The notes under the pieces are model-generated. The model did not search any database, was not told the origin of the DNA, and saw only the letters and a program-made list of their open reading frames with translations. From Eledone cirrhosa (taxonomy: Eukaryota): DNA of 64,000 nt. The position numbers and the translations under genes are program-made. The stretch's first letter is position 1. The number at the start of each line of letters is the position of its first letter. Location of the stretch: the NCBI GenBank assembly GCA_964016885.1, contig OZ024740.1, positions 134,726,001 through 134,790,000 on the forward strand, read 5' to 3'. Of this stretch, positions 49,101-61,119 are shown in pieces.

Positions 49101-52100
49101 CAATGCTACTATATACACTGTCTGTTACATGTCTACCTACCATTGTCACAATATACACTACACTGTCTCTTACATGTCTACCCACCAATGACACTATTTA
49201 CACTACACGGTCTGTTACATGTCTACCTACCATTGACACTGTATACACTACACAGTGTCTGTTACATGTCTACCTACCTTTGACACTATATTCACTACAC
49301 AGTGTCTGTTACATGCCTACCTACCATTGACACTATATGCAGTACATACAGTGTCTATTACATGTCAACCTACCATTGACACTATATACACTACACTGTC
49401 TGTTACATGTCTACATACCATTAACACTATATACACTACGCTGTCTGTTACATGTCTACCTACCATTGACACTATATACACTACACAGTGCCTATTACAT
49501 GTCTGTCTACCTATGACAGTATATACACTACACTGTCTGTTACATGTCTAGCTACGATTGACACTATATAAACTACACAGTGTCTGTTACATGTCTACCT
49601 ACCATTGACACTATATACACTAACAGTGTCTGTTACACCTCTACCTACTATTGTCACTATATACACTACACTCTCTGTTAAATGTCTACTTACCATTGAC
49701 ACTATAATCACTGCACTGTTTGTATATGTCTACCTACCATTGACACTGTATACACTACACATAGTGTCTGTTACATGTCTACCTACCATTGACAGAATAT
49801 ACACTACATATAGTTTCTGTTACATGTCTAACTACGATTTACACTATATACACTATGCAGTGTCTGTTATATGTCTACCAACCATTGACACTATATACAC
49901 TATACTGTCTATTACACGTCTACCTACCATTGACACTATATACACTACACTATCTGTTACATGTCTACCTACCATTGACACTATATAAACTACCCACTCT
50001 CTGTTACATGTCTACCTACTATTGCTACTATATACACTACACTGTATGTTACATGTCTACCTACCATTGACACGATATACACTACACTGTCTGTTACATG
50101 TCTAGCTACCATTGACACTATATAAACTACACACAGTGTCTATTACATGTCTACCAACCATTGACACTATATAAACTACATATATTGTCTGCTACATGTC
50201 TACCTACCATTGACACTATATACACTACATTCTCTTTTACATGTCTACATACGATTGACACTATATACACTACGCTGTCTGTTACATGTCTACCTACCAT
50301 TGACACTATATACACTACGCAGTTCCTGTTACATGTCTGTCTACCTATGACACTATATAAACTATACTGTCTGTTACATGTCTACCTACCATTGACACTA
50401 TATACACTAAACAGTGTCTGTTACATGTCTACCTACCATTGACACTATATACATTACACTGTCTGTTACACGTCTGTCTACCATTGTCACGATATACACT
50501 ACACTGTCTGTTACATGTCTACCTACCATTGACGCTATATACACTGCACTGTCTGTTAAATGTCTACTTACCATTGACACTATATACACTGCACTGTCTG
50601 TTAGATGTCTACCTACCATTGACACTATATACACTAACTAGTATCTGTTACATGTCTACCTACCATTGCTACTATATACACTGTCTGTTACATGTCTACC
50701 TACCATTGCTACTATATAAACTGTCTATTACATTTCTACCTACCATTGTCACTATATACACTACACTGTCTCTTACATGTCTACACACCAATGACACTAT
50801 ATACACTACACTGTATGTTACATGTCTGCCTACCAGTGACACGATATACACTACATAGTGTCTGTTACATGTCTACATACCATTGACACTATATACACTA
50901 CACTGTCTCTTACATGTCTACACACCAATGACACTATATACACTACACTGTAAGTTACATGTCTACTTACCATTGAAACGATATACACTACACTGTCTGT
51001 TACATGTCTACCTACCATTGACACTATATACACTACACAGTGCCTATTACATCTCTGTCTACCTATGACACTATATACACTACACTGTCTGTTACATGTC
51101 TACCTACGATTGACACTATATACACTACACTGTCTGTTAAATGTCTACTTACTATTGATACTATATACATTAACCAGTATCTATTACATGTCTATCTACC
51201 ATTGCTACTATATACACTGTCTGTTACATGTCTACCTACCATTGCTACTATATACACTGTCTGTTACATGTCTACCCACAAATGACACTATATACACTAC
51301 ACTGTATGTTACATATCTACCTACCATTCACACTATATACACTACATAGTGTCTGTTACATGTCTACCTCCCTTTGACACTATATTCTCTACACATAGTG
51401 TCTGTTACATGTCTACCTACCATTAACAGAATATACACTACATATAGTGTCTGTTACATGTCTAACCACGATTTACACTATATACACTATGCAGTGTCTG
51501 TTATATGTCTACCAACCATTGACACTATATACACTACACTGTCTATTACACGTCTACCTACCATTGACACTATATACACTACACTATCTGTTACATGTCT
51601 ACCTACCATTGACACTATATACACTACCCACTCTCTGTTACATGTCTACCTACTATCGCTACTATATACACTGTCTATTACATGTCTACCTACCAATGAC
51701 ACTATATGCACTACACTGTATGTTACATGTCTACCTACCATTGACACGATATACACTACACTTTCTGTTACATGTCTAGCTACCATTGACACTCTATACA
51801 CTACATAGTGTCTGTTACATGTCTAATTACATATGACACTATATTCACTACACAGTGGCTGTTACATGTCTAACTACCATTGACACTATATACACTACAC
51901 ACAGTGTCTATTACATGTCTACCAACCATTGACACTATATAAACTACATATATTGTCTTCTACATGTCTACATACCATTGGCACTATATACACTGCACTG
52001 TATGTTACATGTCTACCTACCATTGACACTATATAAACTACACAGTGTCTGTTACATATCTACCTACCATTGACACTATATACACTACACAGTGTCTGTT

Positions 52101-53388
52101 ACATGTCTACGTACCATTGACACTATATACACTAAACAGTGTCTGTTACATGTCTACCTACCATTGACACTATATACGTCACACTGTCTGTTACACATCT
52201 ACCTACCATTGTCACGATATACACTACACTGTCTGTTACATGTCTACCTACCATTGACGCTATATACACTGCACTGTATGTTACATGTCTACCTACCATT
52301 GACACTATATACACTGCACTGTCTGTTAGATGTCTACCTACCATTGACACTATATACACTAACCAGTATCTGTTACATGGCTACCTACCATTGCTACTAT
52401 ATACACTGTCTGTTACATGTCTACCTACCATTGCTACTATATAAACTGTCTATTACATTTTTACCTACCGTTGTCACTATATACACTACACTGTCTCTTA
52501 CATGTCTACACACCAATGATACTATATACACTACACTGTCTGTTACATGTCTACCTACCATTGAGACCATAAACACTACATAGTGTCTGTTACATGTCTA
52601 CCTACCATTGACACTATATGCACTACATACAGTGTCTATTACATGTCTACCTACCATTTACACTATATACACTACACTGTCTGTTACATGTCTACATACC
52701 ATTGACACTATATACACTACACAGTGCCTATTACATGTCTGTCTACCTATGACACTACATACACTACACTGTCTGTTACATGTCTACCTACGATTGCCAC
52801 TATATAAACTACACAGTGTCTGTTACATGTCTACCTACCATTGACACTATATACACTAAACAGTGTCTGTTACATGTCTACCTACCATTGACAGAATATA
52901 CACTACATATATTGTCTGTTACATGTCTAACTACGATTGACACGATATACACGACACTGTCTGCTACATGTCTACCTACCATTGACAGTATATACACTAC
53001 GCTGTCTGTTACATGTCTACCTACCATTGTCACTATATACACTACACTGTCTCTTACATGTCTACCCACCAATGACACTATATACACTACACTGTATGTT
53101 ACATGTCTACCTCCCATTGACACGATATATACTACACTGTCTGTTACATGTCTACCTACCATTGACACTATATAAACTACACAGTGTCTGTTCCATATCT
53201 ACCTACTATTGACACTATATACACTACACAGTGTCCGTTACATGTCTACCTACCATTGACACTATATACAATAACCAGTATCTATTACATGTCTACCTAC
53301 TATTGCTACTATATACGCTGTCTGTTACATGTCTACTTACCAATGCTACTATATATACACTGTCTGTTACATGTCTACCTACCATTGT

Positions 53389-56300
53389 CACTATATACAC
53401 TACACTGTCTCTTACATGTCTACCCACCAATGACACTATATACACTGACACTGTATGTTACATGTCTACCTACCATTGACACGATATACACAACATAGTG
53501 TCTGTTAAATGTCTACCTACCTTTGACACTATATTCACTCAACAGTGTCTGTTACATGTCCACCTACCCTTGACACTATATGCACTACATACAGTGTCTA
53601 TTACATGTCTACCTACCATTGACACTATATACACTACACTGTTACATGTCTACCAACCATTGACACTATATACACTACACTGTTACATGTCTACCTACCA
53701 TTGACACTATATAGACTACACTGTCTGTTACATGTCTACCTACGATTGACACTATATAAACTACACAGTGTCTGTTAAATGTCTACTTACCATTGACACT
53801 ATATACACTGCACTGTATGTTACATGTCTACCTACCATTGACACTATATATACTACACAGTGTCTGTTACATGTCTACCTACCATTGACACTATATACAC
53901 TAACCAGTATCGGTTACATGTCTACCGACCATTGCTACTATATACACTACACTGTCTCTTACATGTCTACCCACCAACGACACTATATACACTACACTAT
54001 ATGTTACATGTCTACCTACCATTGACACGATATACACTACACTCTCTGTTACATGTCTACCTACCATTGACACTATATACACTAAACAGTGTCTGTTACA
54101 TGTCTACCTACCATTGCCACTATATACATTACACTGTCTGTTACACATCTACCTACCATTGTCACAATATACACTACACTGTCTGTTAAATGTCTACTTA
54201 CCATTGACACTATATACACTACACCGTCTGTTACATGTCTACCTACCATTGACAATATATACACTTCACAGTGTCTGTTACATGTCTACCTACCATTGAC
54301 ACTATATACACTAACCAGTATCTGTAAATGTCTACCTACCATTGCTACTATATACATTGTCAGTTACATGTCTACCTACCATTGCTAATATATAAACTGT
54401 CTGTTACATTTCTACCTACCATTGTCACTATATACACTACACTGTCCCTTACATGTCTACCTATCAAGTACACTATATACACTACACTGTTTGTTACATG
54501 TCTACCTACCATTGACACAATATACACTACACAGTGGCTGTTACATGTCTACCTACCTTTGACACAATATACACCACACAGTGTCTGTTACATGTCTTCC
54601 TACCATTGACACTACATACAATAACCAGTATCTATTACATGTCTACCTACTATTGCTACTATATACACTGTCTGTTACATGTCTACCTACCAATGCTACT
54701 ATATACACTGGATGTTACATGTCTACCTACCATTGACACGATATACACTACATAGAGTGTCTGTGACATGTCTACCTACCATTGAAACTATATTCACTAC
54801 ATATTGTCTGTTACATGTATACCTACCATTGACACTATATAAACTACACATAGTGTCTGTTAGATGTCTACCTACCATTGACACTATCTACTCAACACTA
54901 TCTGTTACATGTCTACAATCCATTGACACTATATACACTACACTGTCTCTTACATGTCTACCCACCAATGACACTATATACACTGACACTGTATGTTACA
55001 TGTCTACCTACCATTGACACGATATACACAACATAGTGTCTGTTAAATGTCTACCTACCTTTGACACTATATTCACTCAACAGTGTCTGTTACATGTCCA
55101 CCTACCCTTGACACTATATGCACTACATACAGTGTCTATTACATGTCTACCTACCATTGACACTATATACACTACACTGTTACATGTCTACCAACCATTG
55201 ACACTATATACACTACACTGTTACATGTCTACCTACCATTGACACTATATAGACTACACTGTCTGTTACATGTCTACCTACGATTGACACTATATAAACT
55301 ACACAGTGTCTGTTAAATGTCTACTTACCATTGACACTATATACACTGCACTGTATGTTACATGTCTACCTACCATTGACACTATATATACTACACAGTG
55401 TCTGTTACATGTCTACCTACCATTGACACTATATACACTAACCGGTATCGGTTACATGTCTACCGACCATTGCTACTATATACACTACACTGTCTCTTAC
55501 ATGTCTACCCACCAACGACACTATATACACTACACTATATGTTACATGTCTACCTACCATTGACACGATATACACTACACTCTCTGTTACATGTCTACCT
55601 ACCATTGACACTATATACACTAAACAGTGTCTGTTACATGTCTACCTACCATTGCCACTATATACATTACACTGTCTGTTACACATCTACCTACCATTGT
55701 CACAATATACACTACACTGTCTGTTAAATGTCTACTTACCATTGACACTATATACACTACACCGTCTGTTACATGTCTACCTACCATTGACAATATATAC
55801 ACTTCACAGTGTCTGTTACATGTCTACCTACCATTGACACTATATACACTAACCAGTATCTGTAAATGTCTACCTACCATTGCTACTATATACATTGTCA
55901 GTTACATGTCTACCTACCATTGCTAATATATAAACTGTCTGTTACATTTCTACCTACCATTGTCACTATATACACTACACTGTCCCTTACATGTCTACCT
56001 ATCAAGTACACTATATACACTACACTGTTTGTTACATGTCTACCTACCATTGACACAATATACACTACACAGTGGCTGTTACATGTCTACCTACCTTTGA
56101 CACAATATACACCACACAGTGTCTGTTACATGTCTTCCTACCATTGACACTACATACAATAACCAGTATCTATTACATGTCTACCTACTATTGCTACTAT
56201 ATACACTGTCTGTTACATGTCTACCTACCAATGCTACTATATACACTGGATGTTACATGTCTACCTACCATTGACACGATATACACTACATAGAGTGTCT

Positions 56301-56492
56301 GTGACATGTCTACCTACCATTGAAACTATATTCACTACATATTGTCTGTTACATGTATACCTACCATTGACACTATATAAACTACACATAGTGTCTGTTA
56401 GATGTCTACCTACCATTGACACTATCTACTCAACACTATCTGTTACATGTCTACAATCCATTGACACTATATACACTACACTGTCTCTTACA
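53389..56492 (+). repeat. Near-perfect tandem duplication of a 1538-bp block inside the divergent edge zone
   Basis: ORF pairs 53498/55036, 53768/55306, 54082/55620, 54328/55866, 54679/56217, with essentially identical translations. One difference is visible: ACCAGTATC versus ACCGGTATC. Confidence 0.95.
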
Positions 56493-59419
56493 TATATACC
56501 TACCATTGACACTATATACTCTACACACAGTGTCTGTTACATGTCTACTTATCGTTGACACTATATACTCTAGATATAGTGCCTGTTACATGTCTACCTA
56601 CTCTTGAAACTATATACACTAAATATAGTGTCTGTTACATGTCTACCTACCATTGATACTATATAAACTACACTGTCTGTTACATGTCTACCTCCCATTG
56701 ACACTATATACACTACCCTGTTTATTACATGTCTACCTATCATTGACACTATATACACTACTTATAGTGTCTGTTACATGTCTACCTACGATTGACACTA
56801 TATGCACTAAATAGTGTCTGTTACTAGTCTACCTACCATTGACACTATATACACTACACTGTCTGTTACATGTCCACCTACCATTGACGTTATATACACT
56901 ACACTGTCTGTTACATGTGTACCTACCATTGACACTATATACACTACACAGTGTCTGTTACGTGTCTACCTACAATTGACACTATATACACTACACTGTC
57001 TCTTACATCTCTACCTACCATGACACTATATACACTACATATACTGTCTGTTACATGTCTACCATTGACACTATATATACTACACTGTTTATTACATGTC
57101 TACCTACCATTGATACTATAGGCACTACACTGTCTGTTACATGTCTACCTACCATTGACGCTATATACACTACACAGTGTCTGTTACCTGTCTACCTACA
57201 ATTGACACTGTATACACTACACTGTCTCTTACATGTCTACCTACCGTTGACACTATATACACTACACAGTGTCTGTTACATGTCTACCTACCATTGACAC
57301 TATATACACTACATATAGTGTATGTTACATGTCTACCTACCATTGACGCTATATACACTACACATAGTGTCTGTTACATGTCTACCTACCATTGACACTA
57401 TATACACTACACATAGTGTCTGTTACATGTCTACCTACAATTGACACTATATACACTGCACTGTCTGTTACATGTCTACCTACCATTGACACTATATACA
57501 CTGCACTATCTGTTACTTTTCTACCTACCATTGACACTATATACACTACACTGTCTGTTACATGTCTACCTACCATTGTCACTATATACACTACACTGTC
57601 TGTTGCATGTCTACCTACCATTGCTACTATATACACACAGTGTCTGTTACATGTCTACCTACCATTGCTACTATATATACTGTGTGTTACATGTCCCCCT
57701 ACGATTAACACTCTATACACTACACTGTCTGTTACATGTCTACCATTGACACTATATACACTAAACAGTGTCTGCTACATGTCTACCTACCATTGATATT
57801 ATATACACTACATATTGACTGTTACATGTCTGTCTACCATTGAAACTATATACACTACACAGTGTATGTTACATGTCTACCTACCATTGACACTATATAC
57901 ACTACACAGTCTGTTACATGTCTACCTAATATTGAAACTATATACACTACATATAGCGTCTGTTACATGTCTACCTACCATTGATACTAAATACACTACA
58001 CTGTCTGTTACATGTCTACCTACCATCACACTATATACACTACATATAGTGTCTGTTACATGTCTACCATTGACACTATATACACTACACTGTCTCTTAC
58101 ATGTCTACCTACCATTGACACTATATACACTACACACAGTGTCTATTACATGTCTACCTACCATTGACACTATATACACTACACATAGTGTCTGTTACAT
58201 GTCTACCTACCATTGACACTATATACACTACACTGTCTGTTACATGTCTACCTACCATTGACACTATATACACTACACTATCTGTTACATGTTTCCCTAC
58301 CATTGACACTATATACACTACACTGTCTGTTACATGTCTACATACCATTGACGCTATATACACTACACTGTCTGTTACATATCTACCTACCATTGACACC
58401 ATATACACTACACAGTGTCTGTTACGTGTCTACCTACAATTGACACTATATACACTACACTGTCTCTTACATGTCTACCTACCGTTGACACTATATACAC
58501 TACATATAGTGTCTGTTACATGTCTACATACCATTGCCACTATATACACTACACTGTCTGTTACATGTCTACCATTGACACTATATACACTACGCTGTCT
58601 GTTATATGTCTACCTACCATTGACACTATATACACTACATATAGTGTCTGTTACATGTCTACCTACCATTGACACTATATACACTACACATAGTGTCTGT
58701 TACATGTCTACCTACCATTGACACTATATACACTACACTGTCTGTTACATGTCTACAATCCATTGACACTATATACACTACACATAGTGTCTGTTACATG
58801 TCTACCTACCATTGACACTATATACACTACACTATCTGTTACATATCTCCCTACCATTGACACTATATACACTACACTGTCTGTTACATGTCTACCTACC
58901 ATTGACACTATATACACTACACTATCTGTTACATATCTCCCTACCATTGACACTATATACACTACACTGTCTGTTACATGTCTACATACCATTGACACTC
59001 TATACACTACACTGTCTGTTACATGTCTACCTTCCATTGTCACTATATACACTACACTGTGTGTTTCATGTCTACCTACCTACAATTGCTACTATATATA
59101 CTGTCTGTTACATGTCTACCTACCATTAACACTATATACACTACACTGTCTGTTACATGTCTACCTACCATTGCTACTATATACATTGTCTGTTACATGT
59201 CTACCATTGACACTATATACACTACATATTGTCTTTTATGTGTCTACAATCCATTCACACTATATGCGCTACACATATTGTCTGTGGGACGGAATAGTTG
59301 CAACACACAAACTTTGTAGATCGCAAACAAAAATGCCATCCTACTGATTATCTCTCTACCTTTGTGGTTATTGTTAATACTCATTTAACATACTCTATAC
59401 CATCTGAAGTTTACTTTGC

Positions 59420-59550
59420 CTCTAAGGGGTTTTGGTTTGACACCACTGTGCGACACCTTTGGAAAGTATATTCAACAATAGCCTTGAACCGAAATTGGTA
59501 GATACAAACTGCAAGGAAGTCAATATAGATATATATGTTTGTGTGCTTGT
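59420..59550 (+). mobile_element. Degenerate tRNA-derived SINE fragment (resembles an abundant octopus SINE)
   Basis: B-box-like GGTTTGACACC at 59434-59444 (consensus GGTTCGANNCC), followed by CCACTGTGCGACACCTTTGGAAAG...ATAGCCT...TTGGTAGATACAAACTGCAAGGAAG and a TA/TG-rich tail. The family assignment is from recall, not from a search. Confidence 0.6.
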
Positions 59551-59644
59551 CTATCACCATGTATCTTCATATCAACACTACTTAAAGCAAGTCATAATGC
59601 TTATGTTTTGAATAAACAATACATCTTGCAGCTAAAATGCAATG

Positions 59645-59835
59645 TGCATGACATGTAATGTGTTTGGTTGATGGCAGCTGTATAAAAGGTGCAGGGCGCT
59701 CAATGTCAGTGGAAATTATGGAAGAGGAAGACCTAAGAGAACTTGGGATAAAATCTGACCTTACAAATTTAAACCTCTCAAAGTGGATGACACTGGATCG
59801 AGATATTTGACGTTATGCTGTACAGTAGAAGATCC
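59645..59835 (+). mobile_element. RTE-like LINE, 3' ORF-end fragment (decayed)
   Basis: Frameshifted translation HVMCLVDGSCIK / CRALNVSGNYGRGRPKRTWD / KSDLTNLNLSKWMTLDRDI*RYAV matches the RTE-type C-terminal GRGRPxxTW...DR..W pattern. It is paralogous to 62400-62812 (shared GATGGCAGCTGT). Confidence 0.8.
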
Positions 59836-60109
59836 ATCTTCCCTTGTGCACACAATGAAACAAACGAACATGTTGAGGACTCTAGTCTGCACCAATCTTC
59901 ATCCTACTCCTCCCCAATTCACTCTTCTGTCTTAATGCACCTGCAACAGCAGCTAAATATCCCACTTTCTTCGTCCATGTCCAACTTTCATACTCGTTTT
60001 CTCCCAACTCAGACGTTCCTCACCTTTGACACATCTCTTTGGTTCAAACTGTGCATACGAGCATGGAAATCTGGGCATGCTCCACATCTGTTCTCCTACA
60101 ATACCGTTT

Positions 60110-60391
60110 CCATGACAAAAAAATCACTAATTTCACCCTGTATGCTGATCTAGTGCCACAACAACAAAAGCCCTCAGTCCACCCTGTAAAGGTAGTCATG
60201 TTAGTGACACAAGAAAAATACACCCAGTACACCCTGTAAGATGATCATGCTGGTGACACAATGATAAAGCGCCCAGAAACAGTTCTATATGAGCAAGACA
60301 TTGTCACCTGACCCACCTTGCCTCAAACAGGACAACTCATCTCATCCATGCTAGCATGGAAGACAGACATTAAATGATGATATAATGATGA
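60110..60391 (+). mobile_element. RTE-tail/SINE-like element with an internal ~50-bp tandem repeat
   Basis: CACCCTGTA at 60134, 60180 and 60230; TGCCAC/TGACAC at 60154, 60205 and 60254. It ends in CATGCTAGCATGGAAGACAGACATTAAATGATGA, an (ATG)n-like tail. A similar 3' end occurs at 63606-63638. Confidence 0.65.
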
Positions 60392-60464
60392 GTAGTGCTA
60401 GGATGAATCACAAGCTTCAAACTCTACTGTATTGATTTTTTTTTCTCTTGTTTACACCCAAACA

Positions 60465-60466
<2 letters not shown>

Positions 60467-60514
<48 letters not shown>

Positions 60515-60538
60515 TATATGTGTGTGTGTGTGAGTGTG
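60467..60538. repeat. Compound microsatellite (TA)21-CA-(TA)4-(TG)n
   Basis: Seen directly. Confidence 0.98.
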
Positions 60539-61119
60539 CAGCTCTCTTTACTTAACATGCTGTGTAAGCCACCTCAGAACCAAAGCAACACTCAGAGACA
60601 AATGGAAAACACCAGTTCTGTTGCAAAGGGAAAAGATATTCTGACTATATCAGTTATTTACTAATTATTGATAATGTTTATTTACTAATGAGTATAACAT
60701 ATGTGAAATCATCAATTATCTGCAAATGTCTCTACAGCATGTTACCATAGCTGGCATCAACAATCACAGCCATATTTCTATCGACTTTCCCTCTGGTTTT
60801 AACAACCAAGGTTCAGTCGCCATTTAGTTATCACAATAAATTCCCATGATAGCTAAATTCCTCTCTTCCCTCTTCCTATATCACATAGATTTATTCTCAG
60901 CCTCCTCAAAATACTACTGTTTGCTCCCCATCAATTTTAGACCACCATCATGGACTCCCTTGGTAAATTAAATCCCTCTCTTCCCACTCAAGTACACACC
61001 ATGAAAACAAGGGGTATGCTCAGTGGACTGCCAAGGTGGGATCACTCCATTATAGAAAAATGTAGCTTCTCAGCTGTAGTGAAAATAACATGACTGGAAA
61101 GCAGATAGTACAGATTAGG

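Larger units (their letters stand above)
1..59285 (+). repeat. Satellite DNA array, 45-bp core monomer (47/49-bp and 25/40/41-bp variants), single orientation, open at the left edge of the window
   Basis: Seen directly: continuous tandem copies of TGTCTGTTACATGTCTACCTACCATTGACACTATATACACTACAC, with AG, ACAG or ATAG added at the junction in longer variants. Length divided by about 46 bp gives roughly 1300 monomers (estimate). The last degenerate monomer ends at ...CATATTGTCTGT (59285), followed by unrelated GGGACGGAATAG. I saw no inversion or foreign insertion by eye. Confidence 0.99.

Noticed and set aside
19-59129. Hundreds of 60-220 aa ORFs (LSVTCLPTIDTIYTT, CLLHVYLPLTLYTLH, VVYIVSMVGRHVTDS repeats), suggesting a mucin-like or repeat protein
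   Set aside because: The 45-bp unit is a multiple of 3 and lacks stops in several frames. The 47/49/40/41-bp variants shift frame every few monomers, and ORFs overlap on both strands, so no reading frame is being preserved.
1-59285. CRISPR-like repeat-spacer array
   Set aside because: There are no unique spacers (the whole unit repeats), no cas genes, and the context is eukaryotic.
1-59285. Tandem exon cassettes or recombination-signal arrays (CACAGTG occurs in the 47/49-bp variants and equals the V(D)J RSS heptamer)
   Set aside because: No ACAAAAACC nonamer at 12 or 23 bp spacing and no coding segments. The heptamer is a by-product of the CAC+AG+TG monomer junction.
1-59285. Telomeric repeat array
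   Set aside because: No TTAGGG/CCCTAA or similar short G-rich unit is present, although a subtelomeric location cannot be excluded.
58718-59347. 209-aa ORF crossing the array boundary
   Set aside because: It is satellite translation reading through by chance into about 20 codons of flank, with no domain features.
59681-59687. TATAAAA as a TATA box
   Set aside because: It lies inside LINE coding remnant (C-I-K codons) and has no associated gene.
59815-60239. Short ORFs (112, 66 and 62 aa) in the flank
   Set aside because: They overlap TE fragments and pyrimidine-rich low-complexity sequence and show no recognisable motifs.
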